Origin: Candidatus Bathyarchaeota archaeon | GTDB lineage: Archaea > Thermoproteota > Bathyarchaeia > Hecatellales > Hecatellaceae | Direction: 5' to 3' | Assembly: GCA_052246995.1 (NCBI GenBank) | Contig: JBQPWD010000006.1 | Location: 1-64,000 of the forward strand | DNA: 64,000 bases | In this document: positions 29,266 through 39,440 of the stretch, piece by piece | Position numbering within the stretch: the first letter of the stretch is position 1 | Layout: each line of letters begins with the position of its first letter | The notes under the pieces: model-generated | What the model was told of the DNA's origin: nothing | Database searches by the model: none | The model's input: only the letters and a program-made list of their open reading frames with translations | Made by a program: the position numbers and the translations under genes

Positions 29266-30128
29266 TCTTCACCTTTAAACCTTATTTTCCCCATACCTAG
29301 TAGAAGCTTAAATTCTTCAAAAGACAATTTTTCACCTTTCCTAAACTTTTCTTCAGCGTTTTTAACAGTCTTTTCTACATTGCTTATACTTTTTTCAAGT
29401 TTTTTAAGTAGAAGCTCTTCTTGAAGGTTTTTAAGCTTACTTTTAAGTTTACCAATTTCACCGTAAACGTTTTCCATCCTAGCTTTAACTTCCCCAATTT
29501 CCTTGACAAGCTCTTCTCTGGCCATCTTCAACTTTAAAATTTCATTGTAAACCATGTTTAACTCTTCAATTTTTCTTCTTCTTAAATCCTTTAACTTTGA
29601 GATTTCGCTTCCTAAACATGTAAGTTTCTGCTTTAACACGGTTATTCCGTCTTTACTGTTAGAAATCTTATGCGTTAACTCATCCATTTTTTCATGAATT
29701 TTTGCCTCCTCTTCTAAGCTTTTAACCCTAGCTATAAGATTTTTTTCTTTAACAGGATTATACCTCTCAGTTTGAAGTGTCCATTCTAAACTTTCAATCT
29801 CTCTTTTTACCTCTTCAGCAGGTTTAGATGTAAACTTTTTAAGGTTAAAAATTTGCTTTTTAAACACTCTAATTTCCTCAAATTTGGAGGAAAGTTCAAC
29901 CTTTAAATTTTCAGCTTCACTTCTTAAGCTTGAAATTTTAAGGCTTAACTCGTTTTTGGCGTTTTTAAGCTCCTTAGACTTTAATTTTAACTCTAGAATT
30001 TTACTTTCAATAGCTCTTTTTTTGTCAACCTTTCTTTCAAACTCCTCTTTTAACTTACCTGCCTCCATCTCGGTTAATGCTAACTCCTTACTTAAACTCT
30101 CAATTTGACTTTCAATGTTCTCATTCAA
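29262..30128 (-). CDS. Archaeal coiled-coil protein (COG1340-like)
   Basis: All-helical heptads, IESLEWTLQT, C-terminal KGEKLSFEEFKLL. Confidence 0.75.
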   Translation of the reverse strand: MNENIESQIESLSKELALTEMEAGKLKEEFERKVDKKRAIESKILELKLKSKELKNAKNELSLKISSLRSEAENLKVELSSKFEEIRVFKKQIFNLKKFTSKPAEEVKREIESLEWTLQTERYNPVKEKNLIARVKSLEEEAKIHEKMDELTHKISNSKDGITVLKQKLTCLGSEISKLKDLRRRKIEELNMVYNEILKLKMAREELVKEIGEVKARMENVYGEIGKLKSKLKNLQEELLLKKLEKSISNVEKTVKNAEEKFRKGEKLSFEEFKLLLGMGKIRFKGED

Positions 30129-30193
30129 CTTTACTTCAACCTTACTAGATTAAGCATTTAAGGGTTTAGATTTAATTTTTATGTTGAAGAACC

Positions 30194-31225
30194 TTGCTTA
30201 GTGCAAAAGCCGCCATAAAAATGCTTAGGAATTATCTTAAAGGACAAAGAAAAATTGCTGTTTTTGCTTTAACAACAAAATGTAACTGTAGATGTATAAT
30301 GTGTGGAATGTGGAGGCAACCTCCAACCTCCATCAACCTTAATGATGTACTAAAAATTTTAAGATTACTTAGAGAAAACAACTTTTTTATAGTTTATTTT
30401 ACTGGTGGTGAGCCTAGTCTTCATGAAAACATCGTGGAGATTGTTAGATTCTCCGAAAAACTTGGCCTCTTAACATCCTTAACAACAAATGGCACTATTT
30501 CTAAAGATTTGTTAAAGAACCTTAAAGCTGCAGGTTTAAGGTTGCTCAGCATTTCCCTAGACCACTGGAAACCTGAGGTGTGTGAAAAAATTCGGAGAGT
30601 TAAAGGTATAATGCAAAAGCAAGTTGAAGCACTACTCTATGCTAAAAGTTTAGGTTTAAGTGTGTATGCTTTAGCTTACATTAACCCCTACCTAGTTGAG
30701 GATAATTCCATCAAAAAATTTGTGGAATACTGTAATCTTAAACTTCAAGTACCCGTTGGTTTTTGCTATCCAACTGAGGCGGAGGTTAACAGTTACAAGC
30801 TGTATGGCGAATTTAACGAGGATGAGCTTAAGCTTAGGCTGAGAAAAGCCGTAATGAATATTCTTGAAATGAAAAGGTCAGGTTATATGATTATGAATAG
30901 CTTAACCTACCTTGAGGATATCTTAAACTCTCAGGGAAATGGTAAACCAAACTTTTGCTGTAAAGGTGGGGAGGATGTTGTTTACATTGATTGGATTGGA
31001 AATGTTTATCCCTGCTTCCTAGGGAAGAAACTTTTTAACTTTCTTGAGGATGATCAGCCAAAATTTCTGAAAAATGTTTACTGTGCTAAGTGTTTTATAA
31101 ACTGTTTTAGAGAGGTTTCGCTCATACCACAAATATTTAAATTTCCAAAAAACTTGTTGAAAGAAGCTTTACCATCCATCAAGGTTGATAGGGAATTTTT
31201 ACGCACCCTCCTCACCGCTAGTTAA
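30194..31225 (+). CDS. Radical SAM protein (SPASM/twitch-like)
   Basis: CNCRCIMC, TGGEP, TTNG, GNVYPC. Confidence 0.88.
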   Translation: MLSAKAAIKMLRNYLKGQRKIAVFALTTKCNCRCIMCGMWRQPPTSINLNDVLKILRLLRENNFFIVYFTGGEPSLHENIVEIVRFSEKLGLLTSLTTNGTISKDLLKNLKAAGLRLLSISLDHWKPEVCEKIRRVKGIMQKQVEALLYAKSLGLSVYALAYINPYLVEDNSIKKFVEYCNLKLQVPVGFCYPTEAEVNSYKLYGEFNEDELKLRLRKAVMNILEMKRSGYMIMNSLTYLEDILNSQGNGKPNFCCKGGEDVVYIDWIGNVYPCFLGKKLFNFLEDDQPKFLKNVYCAKCFINCFREVSLIPQIFKFPKNLLKEALPSIKVDREFLRTLLTAS

Positions 31226-31960
31226 AACCCTTAAAATTGAGGCATGCAAACCTACAAAGTTGGTAAATGTTTTTGCAGAACATGCAATAAGAGAAAAGTC
31301 AAGTCTAAGCCTTGTAACAGCATCAAAAACATCTTTACTTAAAAGGTAAACACCACTTTCAACAACATATTTTTCAAGGGCAGATTTAAGTGAGCCGGGA
31401 TTTGAAGCCCAGTCAAGAATTTCCTTAACCTTTGCTACTGGTAGAAGGTCAACCTTTGATAAAACATTCAACTGTGGTAAGGTAAATCTTAGAAAAACTG
31501 CTGCTGAAAGAAAAATGTTTGATGCATAGTTAAATGGGTTTAAACAGAATGGTGCATCAAAAAGGTATAGTACAATTTTACCATCAGCTTTAATCTCTTT
31601 AGCAATTAAAGGCCCACTAACCCTAAAAGCAAAAAGTTCCATTTGACCAGGTGTGTCAACAATTAAATATTTTGGATTAATTTCTTCAATTTCCCTATTA
31701 ACCTGTTCCATTTTATCCACAATTATATCCGAGGCTAAAAGTAAAGCACCATTAGGACCAAGCCCATACTTCTCCATAAGCTTGTCAACAGAAACATAGT
31801 TTCTAATATCAACATCGGGCTTATAAGGTAAACTTAAAACTCCAGGGTCAAGATTTAATGCTGCTACATCTTCACCTTTCTTAAAAAACCATTCTAGCAA
31901 GGCAGCGGTAAGCATAGACTTTCCTGAGCCTGCTGTTCCAACAATAAATATTGCATACAT
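31199..31960 (-). CDS. GPN-loop GTPase
   Basis: GTAGSGKS, NLDPG, LGPNG, DTPGQME, SKVD. Confidence 0.95.
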   Translation of the reverse strand: MYAIFIVGTAGSGKSMLTAALLEWFFKKGEDVAALNLDPGVLSLPYKPDVDIRNYVSVDKLMEKYGLGPNGALLLASDIIVDKMEQVNREIEEINPKYLIVDTPGQMELFAFRVSGPLIAKEIKADGKIVLYLFDAPFCLNPFNYASNIFLSAAVFLRFTLPQLNVLSKVDLLPVAKVKEILDWASNPGSLKSALEKYVVESGVYLLSKDVFDAVTRLRLDFSLIACSAKTFTNFVGLHASILRVLTSGEEGA

Positions 31961-32048
31961 TTTTTCTGTAGTTTTTAATGTCTTCTTTAAGATAAGTTTT
32001 ATTAGAAGAAAAAGGTAAGAAAGAAATTTTAGTTAACAGGCGTCATAA

Positions 32049-32846
32049 TTGTGGAAACAAGTTTTTTCTCAGAGAAAACTTTACAATGCCATATATGAGG
32101 TTAGTGATGACTCTTTTACAATGTCATTTTACGAGTTAACATATATTAACTGGGTGATTGAAAAACTTGAGATTTCAAGTAAAAGTACCATTTTAGATGT
32201 TGGTTGTGGGTCTGGTAAAGTTTTAACCTTTATATGTTGTTTAAAAGGATGTTACGGTGTGGGGGTTGACATATCCGTTAAAGGCTTAAAAAAAGCGTAT
32301 ACGTATGCTAAGGAGTTAAATGTTAAGAATAAATGTGACTTTGTTGTTGCTGATGTAAGGTTTCTACCTTTTAGAAGAAACATTTTTACTTCCATCATTT
32401 GCAACCATGTGCTTGAACATGTTGAGGATGATTTTAAAGTTATGGAGGAGGCAGTTTCATCCCTAAATTTTGGTGGTAGAATGTATGTTGCCTCTCCAAA
32501 CACCTATAAACGTGCCTTAATACTTATCCAGCTAGAGTATAGAGTTGGAGACAAGCACCATGGACATTTAAGACACTATAAAGCTGAAACTTTAACAACC
32601 TATCTTTCAAAGCTTAATACAAGGGTTTTAGAGGTAGCCTACTACGACAACCTAATAAGGAAAATAGCATTTACCCTACCAAAAATTGGAGGCTTTGAGC
32701 AATATTCTCTCAATAGCACAGGTTTAAGAAAAAGATTTAGTGAAGCATTATGGCTTGTTTCGGAGAAAATTGAAAAAAAGATAAGACGTATACCTACAGG
32801 TTTAAACCTTTATATTGTAGCCGTAAAGAGTAAGAGTTTAAACTAA
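32049..32846 (+). CDS. Class I SAM-dependent methyltransferase
   Basis: LDVGCGSG, GVDIS, HVLEH, HLRHY. Confidence 0.88.
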   Translation: MWKQVFSQRKLYNAIYEVSDDSFTMSFYELTYINWVIEKLEISSKSTILDVGCGSGKVLTFICCLKGCYGVGVDISVKGLKKAYTYAKELNVKNKCDFVVADVRFLPFRRNIFTSIICNHVLEHVEDDFKVMEEAVSSLNFGGRMYVASPNTYKRALILIQLEYRVGDKHHGHLRHYKAETLTTYLSKLNTRVLEVAYYDNLIRKIAFTLPKIGGFEQYSLNSTGLRKRFSEALWLVSEKIEKKIRRIPTGLNLYIVAVKSKSLN

Positions 32847-32899
32847 CTGAAAACTTAAAAGAAAGAGTGTAGGCTTAACAATTCTATGGTGGGAAGGTT

Positions 32900-33106
32900 C
32901 TACTTTTTCTTAGAAAGCCACCATTTTAGGTACTCGCTTTTCTCTCTTTTCTTTTCTTCATCAACGCTAGATTTTGCAATGTTCCTTTTTCTAAGTTCTT
33001 CGATCTCGTGGTAGTTTAACGTTAAACCGCAAACCTTGCAAGAATAAAGCTTTGTTTTTACATCATAAAACATTTCCCCACCACATTCAGGACAGTATTG
33101 AACCAT
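32900..33106 (-). CDS. Small zinc-ribbon protein
   Basis: CPECGG...CKVCG, C-terminal YLKWWLSKK. Confidence 0.8.
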   Translation of the reverse strand: MVQYCPECGGEMFYDVKTKLYSCKVCGLTLNYHEIEELRKRNIAKSSVDEEKKREKSEYLKWWLSKKK

Positions 33107-33228
33107 TTTTCCCTTTTACCCCGACCAATATTATGATGTTAATAAAGTACATGATAAGTATTTTGAGATACCGAAACCTTAAACTACCCAAACACGTTGT
33201 CATATGTAGGTTAAGCCTAAATTTTTAG

Positions 33229-34281
33229 GTGAATTTCTTGATTGTTGAAGCTAAACTGTATGAAAAGTTTAAGGATTCTATTGTTAGATGTAAAGTTTGT
33301 CCTAGAAGATGTTATATAGCTGACGGGAAAAGGGGGTTTTGCGGAGTTAGGGAAAATAAAGGTTCGATTCTTTATGCTTTAACTTATGGTAAGCTTACAG
33401 CTTTAAATGTTGACCCTATAGAGAAGAAGCCTCTTTTTAACTTTTGGCCTGGAAGCTACACTTTCTCGATATCTTCTGTTGGATGCTCCTTTACCTGTCC
33501 GTGGTGTCAGAATTGGAGTATATCTCAAGCCAAGCCTGAAGAAGTTTCTATGGAAGAAGTTTCATCTGAAAGTGTTGTTAGGTTTGCTAAAAATTATGAC
33601 TGTATCTCTATAGCTTATACCTATAATGAACCTATAATATGGTTTGAATATGTTCTGGACACATCAATAATAGCAAAAAAAGAAAAGCTTCTAAACATCC
33701 TTGTAACCAATGGTTATGCCACGGAAGACACCATAAATGAGTTTTCACCCTATATTGATGCCGCTAATGTTGATGTCAAAGCTTTCAATCCTGAATTTTA
33801 CCAAAAATACTGTAAAGCAAAGATGGATGATGTATTAACTGCAATCGAAAAAATGGTTGAAAAAGGCTGGCATGTTGAGGTAACCTACCTTATAATTCCA
33901 AGCTTAAATGACAACTTTGAGGAGATAAGGAAAATGGCTAGATGGGTTGTAGATAAGCTTGGACCAGATACTCCTACTCACTTTAGCAGATTTTTTCCCA
34001 TGTATAAGATGATAAAATTACCGCCAACACCATTAAACCTTATAATTAGAGCTAGAGAGATAGCGTTGAAGGAAGGTTTACGCTACGTTTACACCGGAAA
34101 CGTTGCTGGACATGAGGGGGAAAACACTTATTGTCCGTCATGTGGAAAAACGCTTGTTAGAAGAGTTGGTTTTGAAGTTTTAGAGTGGAATTTAAAAGAG
34201 GATAAACGTTGTCCACAATGTGGTGAAAAAATTGTAATTAAAGGTAAATTTGAGCGTGTAAGAAAAACAAGATTCTGGTGA
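33229..34281 (+). CDS. amrS: AmmeMemoRadiSam system radical SAM enzyme
   Basis: DPIEKKPLF, CSFTCPWCQN, YTYNEP, HFSRFFP, ENTYCP. Confidence 0.92.
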   Translation: MNFLIVEAKLYEKFKDSIVRCKVCPRRCYIADGKRGFCGVRENKGSILYALTYGKLTALNVDPIEKKPLFNFWPGSYTFSISSVGCSFTCPWCQNWSISQAKPEEVSMEEVSSESVVRFAKNYDCISIAYTYNEPIIWFEYVLDTSIIAKKEKLLNILVTNGYATEDTINEFSPYIDAANVDVKAFNPEFYQKYCKAKMDDVLTAIEKMVEKGWHVEVTYLIIPSLNDNFEEIRKMARWVVDKLGPDTPTHFSRFFPMYKMIKLPPTPLNLIIRAREIALKEGLRYVYTGNVAGHEGENTYCPSCGKTLVRRVGFEVLEWNLKEDKRCPQCGEKIVIKGKFERVRKTRFW

Positions 34282-34416
34282 AAAGAAGTTTTTTATGGTT
34301 ATCTTCACCTAAAAATTTTCATTTTTCCGTTAAATCTAGAGTTAATTAAGACAATTTTTCACCTTAAAATATTTAGCTTGGATTGTTTTTAAACAAAATT
34401 AGGTTGGTGGTTTAAT

Positions 34417-35268
34417 TTGAAGTTTGGAATAGCTTTTTCAAACATGCAACGAGGTTTAATTGACAGACTTAAAATTTTAGATGATATTGTAATTGAAGCT
34501 GAGAAGCTTGAGTATGACTCTTTTTTTACAATGGACCATTACATGCTTCCATGGGGTAACGAAACCTTTGAAACATGGGTTTATTTATCCTACCTTGCAG
34601 GCAAAACGTCTAAAATTAGGCTTGGAACATGTGTTACACCCATACCTTTTAGACCTCCAGCCATACTTGCAAAGATGGTTTCAACTTTAGACATAATTTC
34701 AGGTGGAAGAGTTATTGTTGGAGTTGGTTTAGGATGGTATCAAGCTGAATTTGAAGCATACAGTAGCTGGGATTCTAATGTTGTAAGATTTGAGAAAACT
34801 AAAGAGGCTCTAGACATTATGAGTAAACTCTGGGTTGAGGAAAAGGTTAACTTTGAAGGAAAATATTATAGGGTTAAGGATGCTGTTCTTCAACCAAAAC
34901 CAATTCAAAAACCATACCCACCATTATGGTTTGGAGGAACAGGTAAAAAAATGCTTAAACTTACAGCTGAAAAGGGTAGTGGGCTGGTTAGTGTTGGACC
35001 AAGATGGGCTCCAAACTATGTAACAAGTGAGAATTACCATAAACTTACTGAAAAAGTTAAGAAAATTAGGGAAAAGATGGGGAAAACAAACGATTTTACA
35101 TTTGCATGTATCATGGCTCAACATGAAAACTTTAACGAGTTTGTAAAAGAAATCGAAGAATACAAAAAAGCAGGAATGAACTATCTTATTCTTGGGATAG
35201 TAAGAGTAAGGGATGGAGTAACCCTCCTTAAAAAATTTAGGGATGAAATTGTTTTAACAATCACATAA
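34417..35268 (+). CDS. LLM-class flavin/F420-dependent oxidoreductase
   Basis: MDH, RPPAILAKMVSTLDIISGGR, PKPIQKPYPPLWFGG. Confidence 0.9.
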   Translation: MKFGIAFSNMQRGLIDRLKILDDIVIEAEKLEYDSFFTMDHYMLPWGNETFETWVYLSYLAGKTSKIRLGTCVTPIPFRPPAILAKMVSTLDIISGGRVIVGVGLGWYQAEFEAYSSWDSNVVRFEKTKEALDIMSKLWVEEKVNFEGKYYRVKDAVLQPKPIQKPYPPLWFGGTGKKMLKLTAEKGSGLVSVGPRWAPNYVTSENYHKLTEKVKKIREKMGKTNDFTFACIMAQHENFNEFVKEIEEYKKAGMNYLILGIVRVRDGVTLLKKFRDEIVLTIT

Positions 35269-35472
35269 GAACTTCAACCTTCACTAGCTTTAATCATAAG
35301 CTTGTTAAACATTATTCACTACAACGTCAACCTTAACAGCTACTAGTAATGAAAAAACATGTTAAATTTAAGGCTAAGAGCTTTAAACTTAACTTTTCTC
35401 ATGAATTTTAGATAGTAACCATTTTTATCTCTTTTCACCTCAAACTTTGCTGTACCTTAAGGAAGGAGTATT

Positions 35473-35901
35473 ATGGCTAACAGCTTAAAGTTAGATAAGA
35501 AGTTAGAAAATCACACCAGTAAGAACTCAAATCCAGCAGCATCCTCAATCAACAAGCATGCATATATTAAAGATAAAAACACGCTTCTCCAACTCTCCTC
35601 AGATTACAGTAGAACGTTTAAATTGCTTCTTGAAACTCGTAAAAAAGTTGTATCCGTAAAAGAGATAACAGAAGAAAATGGATTAAACACAAGTAATAGT
35701 TGGCTTGTTAAAACCGGGCTTTTTCTTATTTTAGCAGTACCCGAACCGTTCATTAGCGACATTATTGGAGCAACTTTATTGTGTGTAGGAGCTTTTAAAG
35801 AAAAAGCAAATAGGAAAAGCTGCATAAAGGATTACTATCGCGAATTTCATGAAAACTTGCAGAATATTTTGAAACTTAAAAAAGAGATTGCAACCCTCTA
35901 A
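35473..35901 (+). CDS. Hypothetical membrane-associated protein
   Basis: GGAGT RBS; KTGLFLILAVPEPFISDIIGATLL hydrophobic hairpin. Confidence 0.6.
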   Translation: MANSLKLDKKLENHTSKNSNPAASSINKHAYIKDKNTLLQLSSDYSRTFKLLLETRKKVVSVKEITEENGLNTSNSWLVKTGLFLILAVPEPFISDIIGATLLCVGAFKEKANRKSCIKDYYREFHENLQNILKLKKEIATL

Positions 35902-35980
35902 ACATAATTTAAATTTAGAATTAGAGTTTTTAGGATGCTAGCTTACCAGCCTACAAACATTTTCTACACTTTTGTTTTTG

Positions 35981-36703
35981 TTAAAAAGCTCCACGATTAA
36001 TGAGCATTCTGCGAATAGCAGGGTTTCTTGATGAAATTTCTTTTAGTACTTCCTCAAAAACTTCATCCTCCCTAAGCCGGTATTTTAAGTATACTCCAGT
36101 CCGTCCAACGTTATCTCTTCTAGTTAAAACTTTAACTCTTTCATTTACAATTTCAACACTAACTCCAAGCATGGATGCAACCTTAGCTTCTCTTCCAATT
36201 ATTGAACTTTCTACATGTCCTTTTTCTGTTGGTTCAATGAGCATCAACCTTTTGTCTACACCAACAACTCTTACATCCTTTTTCAACTCTTCAAACCCTA
36301 CTTCACCACCAAACTTGTAAAACTCTCTTTCATTTTTTGTCATCTTTACAAGTGGAAAGCTTACAACTGTAAGCTCATCCAAGTAAATGTATGCTTTAAC
36401 AACATTCCTAGGTGATGCTTGAACTATAATCCTATCATATATTTTAAACCTTTCAGCTTCAAGCAAGGTTTCAACCTCATAGGATGGAACAACATCAGTC
36501 AATACAACATCAACATCACTACTCTTACTTACATCACCTCTAGCAATACTTCCATGAGTTATTGGTGAAAAACCTCCCTTAACAAAGACTTCCATTATTT
36601 TTAAAGCTTTTAAACGTAAATTTTTAAGAAGAACCCATCTATCTTCGTCGTAGAGGACTTCTCTAAGTTCCCACTTACTTAAAGGTTTTTTAACCTTAAA
36701 CAT
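35981..36703 (-). CDS. Archaeal nucleotidyltransferase (pol-beta-like, COG2413)
   Basis: HGSIARGDV..SDVD, EFYKFGG, GVDKRL, GRTGV. Confidence 0.88.
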   Translation of the reverse strand: MFKVKKPLSKWELREVLYDEDRWVLLKNLRLKALKIMEVFVKGGFSPITHGSIARGDVSKSSDVDVVLTDVVPSYEVETLLEAERFKIYDRIIVQASPRNVVKAYIYLDELTVVSFPLVKMTKNEREFYKFGGEVGFEELKKDVRVVGVDKRLMLIEPTEKGHVESSIIGREAKVASMLGVSVEIVNERVKVLTRRDNVGRTGVYLKYRLREDEVFEEVLKEISSRNPAIRRMLINRGAF

Positions 36704-37820
36704 TAGCTAAAAAATATTCTTCAACAACATCTTTAGCTTTTTCCCTTCTTTTTTGATGTTCCAGTAAAAATGCTCCAACCTTGTCAGCTAGTAAAGATTT
36801 ACACTCCCCACATAACATGCTGCCAGATTTACAACCACTCCAAATCCTCCTAATTTTACTATCATCCTCTTCAAAAAACCAGTAAAGATAATGGTATACG
36901 CTACAAATTTCAGGTGAACCTCCAAGTTTTTTCTGTTCCGCAACAGTTGGTTGACCTCCTGTAAACGCATTAAACACCTTTTTTCTAGCAACTTCAGGCG
37001 GGTCCACTACAAATATACATGTTTCAGGCTCTGAAGCGGACATTTTACCCTCCCTTCCAAGCCCTGGAAGAAACTTAGAATGTATTTGAGCAGGTTTATA
37101 GTATCCAAGTTTAGAGGCAACATCTCTGGCAACTCTCCAATAGGGATCTTGATCTATTGCTGCGGGAATTAAGCATGGAATGTTTTCTCCTGTTAATTCA
37201 GACTCTAAAAAGCAGGGCACGATTTGAATTGCCGGGAAAAATATTAAACCTATGTTTGTTGAATCCTCAAAACCAAAAACTGCACGAACAACTGAGAAGT
37301 TTATATGTTTAGCCACCTTGATAGCAAGCTTATACATTAAACCCATGTTTTTAATATTCGAAATTATCTTAGTTTTGTTCTTATCAAAACCTATTGCAAC
37401 AACATCTAAAGCATTATCATACATATAGCTTATTGAAGTTTCAACTTCAAAGTTGTGATGAATAAGAAATTTTTCGTCATCAGTCATTTGAAAGTAAAGC
37501 TTAGCATTAAAAGTATCTTGAAGATACTTTGTAAAAACCCATGGAAGTATATGTCCTATATGAACTGGACCTGAAGGCCCCCTACCAGTATAAAGAATGA
37601 ATTTTCCACCCGACATGTAAAAATTTAAAATCCAGTCAAAATCTCTATGACAGAAGAAGAAGTTTCTTCTTAAGAGAAAATGTAATTCTCCAGAGTACTT
37701 TTTAACCTTGTCTAAAATTTCCCCTACTAATGGTTGGGTACCAAACTTTTTTATAAGCTTCTCATAATCTACCTTACCAGAAACTTTCCATGGAGTTACA
37801 ACCATTTCCTCCTCTGCCAC
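36696..37820 (-). CDS. trpS: Tryptophan-tRNA ligase
   Basis: VTPW, YTGRGPS..HIGH, IDQDPYWR, KMSAS. Confidence 0.97.
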   Translation of the reverse strand: MAEEEMVVTPWKVSGKVDYEKLIKKFGTQPLVGEILDKVKKYSGELHFLLRRNFFFCHRDFDWILNFYMSGGKFILYTGRGPSGPVHIGHILPWVFTKYLQDTFNAKLYFQMTDDEKFLIHHNFEVETSISYMYDNALDVVAIGFDKNKTKIISNIKNMGLMYKLAIKVAKHINFSVVRAVFGFEDSTNIGLIFFPAIQIVPCFLESELTGENIPCLIPAAIDQDPYWRVARDVASKLGYYKPAQIHSKFLPGLGREGKMSASEPETCIFVVDPPEVARKKVFNAFTGGQPTVAEQKKLGGSPEICSVYHYLYWFFEEDDSKIRRIWSGCKSGSMLCGECKSLLADKVGAFLLEHQKRREKAKDVVEEYFLANV

Positions 37821-37922
37821 AACAATCCCCCAGTTATTTTAAACATCAATGTTTAAAAGTTAACTTGCTTATAAATTGAAGGATAAGCATCTAGTAACTA
37901 GGTTTGAGGGTAGAAAAAGAAG

Positions 37923-39431
37923 TTGTCCATAGACAAAGTTTCTTACGATATTCTAACCGTTTTAAAGGAAAGAGGAGGAAGCTTAAGCTTTGACAATCTT
38001 AAAGAAACTTTAAATCTTGATGAATCTTCGCTTACACGAAACATTTTAAGCTTAGAGAAAAAGGGTTATGTTAAAACATTTGAAGAGAAAAAAACTTTTT
38101 ACAGTTTAACTGATGAAGGTAGAAGTTGTGTAAGTGAAGGGTTACTTGAAAGAAAAATCTATGAGGTTGTAGCTAGCCTTGGCGGAATTCTTCCAGTAGA
38201 GAATATCACTAAACACTTGGATATGCCAGAAAAGCTTATAGATGCCGCCTTAGGTTGGCTTGTGAAAAAAGGTTGGGGTAAAATTTTAAGGGAGGATAAA
38301 ACTGTTAGGGTTGATCCATCCATTAAGCCTGTTGAAGGTTTGGATGAAAAACTTTTAAAGAGAATCTTTGAAGAAAGAGAAATTGAGGATAAAAATCTTA
38401 GTAGTGAAGAATTTAAAGTTGTTTTGGAGCTTAAAAAAAGAGGACTTGTTAGGGAAAAAACTGCTTCATTAAGGTACGTCCAGTTAACTAATGAAGGATT
38501 AAACTACGTTGAAGAGGTTAAAAAAGCCGAGTTTAAACCTAAACCTGAAATCTCTATTTTAACAAGTGAAATTATTACTTCTGGCAAGTGGCGTGAAGTT
38601 GAATTTAAAAAATACGATGTAACAGCTCAGCCACCAACAATCTATCCTGGGAAAAAACACTTCTTCCTAGAGTTTATTAGGCAACTTAAAAACATACTTG
38701 TATCCCTAGGTTTTGAGGAGGCTGACGGACCCTATGTGGAGCTTGAATTTTGGAATTTTGACGTCTTATTTCAACCTCAAGATCATCCTGCAAGGGAGAT
38801 TCATGACAGTTACCAGGTTAAAAATCCAATGTATGGTGTGTTAAAAAATGAAAACTTAGTTAAAAAGGTTAAAAAAACACATGAAAATGGTTGGATTACA
38901 GGTTCTACCGGTTGGAGATATGAGTGGAGTTTTGATGTCGCCAGAAAACTTGTTATGAGAAGTCAAACAACAGCTGTTTCTGCAAGATTCCTTTTTGAAA
39001 GAAAAAAGGTTCCAGTAAAAATGTTTTGTGTTTCAAGGGTTTTCCGTCCTGATGTGTTGGATGCTAAACATGCTATGGAGTTTTACCATTGTGAAGGAAT
39101 AGTAGCTGATGAAAACTTAAACTTTAAACACCTACTTGGAATGTTAAAAAAAATTGTTAATGCGTTAGGAATTGAGAAAGTTAAATTTAAACCTGGATAT
39201 TTCCCATTTACAGAACCTAGTGTTGAGGTTTTTGTTTACCATCAAAAAATAGGTTGGATGGAGTGTGCTGGTGCAGGCTTATTTAGACCGGAAGTAACTC
39301 TTCCACTTGGAGTTAAATGCCCTGTTTTGGCGTGGGGTATAGGTGTTGATAGGCTTGCTATGGTTAGGCTTGGTGTTGACGATATAAGGGAGCTTCATAC
39401 TAGAAGGCTTGATTACCTTAGAGCAAGGTGA
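37923..39431 (+). CDS. pheS: Phenylalanine-tRNA ligase alpha subunit
   Basis: WNFDVLFQPQDHPARE, FPFTEPS, AWGIGVDRL. Confidence 0.97.
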   Translation: MSIDKVSYDILTVLKERGGSLSFDNLKETLNLDESSLTRNILSLEKKGYVKTFEEKKTFYSLTDEGRSCVSEGLLERKIYEVVASLGGILPVENITKHLDMPEKLIDAALGWLVKKGWGKILREDKTVRVDPSIKPVEGLDEKLLKRIFEEREIEDKNLSSEEFKVVLELKKRGLVREKTASLRYVQLTNEGLNYVEEVKKAEFKPKPEISILTSEIITSGKWREVEFKKYDVTAQPPTIYPGKKHFFLEFIRQLKNILVSLGFEEADGPYVELEFWNFDVLFQPQDHPAREIHDSYQVKNPMYGVLKNENLVKKVKKTHENGWITGSTGWRYEWSFDVARKLVMRSQTTAVSARFLFERKKVPVKMFCVSRVFRPDVLDAKHAMEFYHCEGIVADENLNFKHLLGMLKKIVNALGIEKVKFKPGYFPFTEPSVEVFVYHQKIGWMECAGAGLFRPEVTLPLGVKCPVLAWGIGVDRLAMVRLGVDDIRELHTRRLDYLRAR

Positions 39432-39440
39432 AATCAAAGA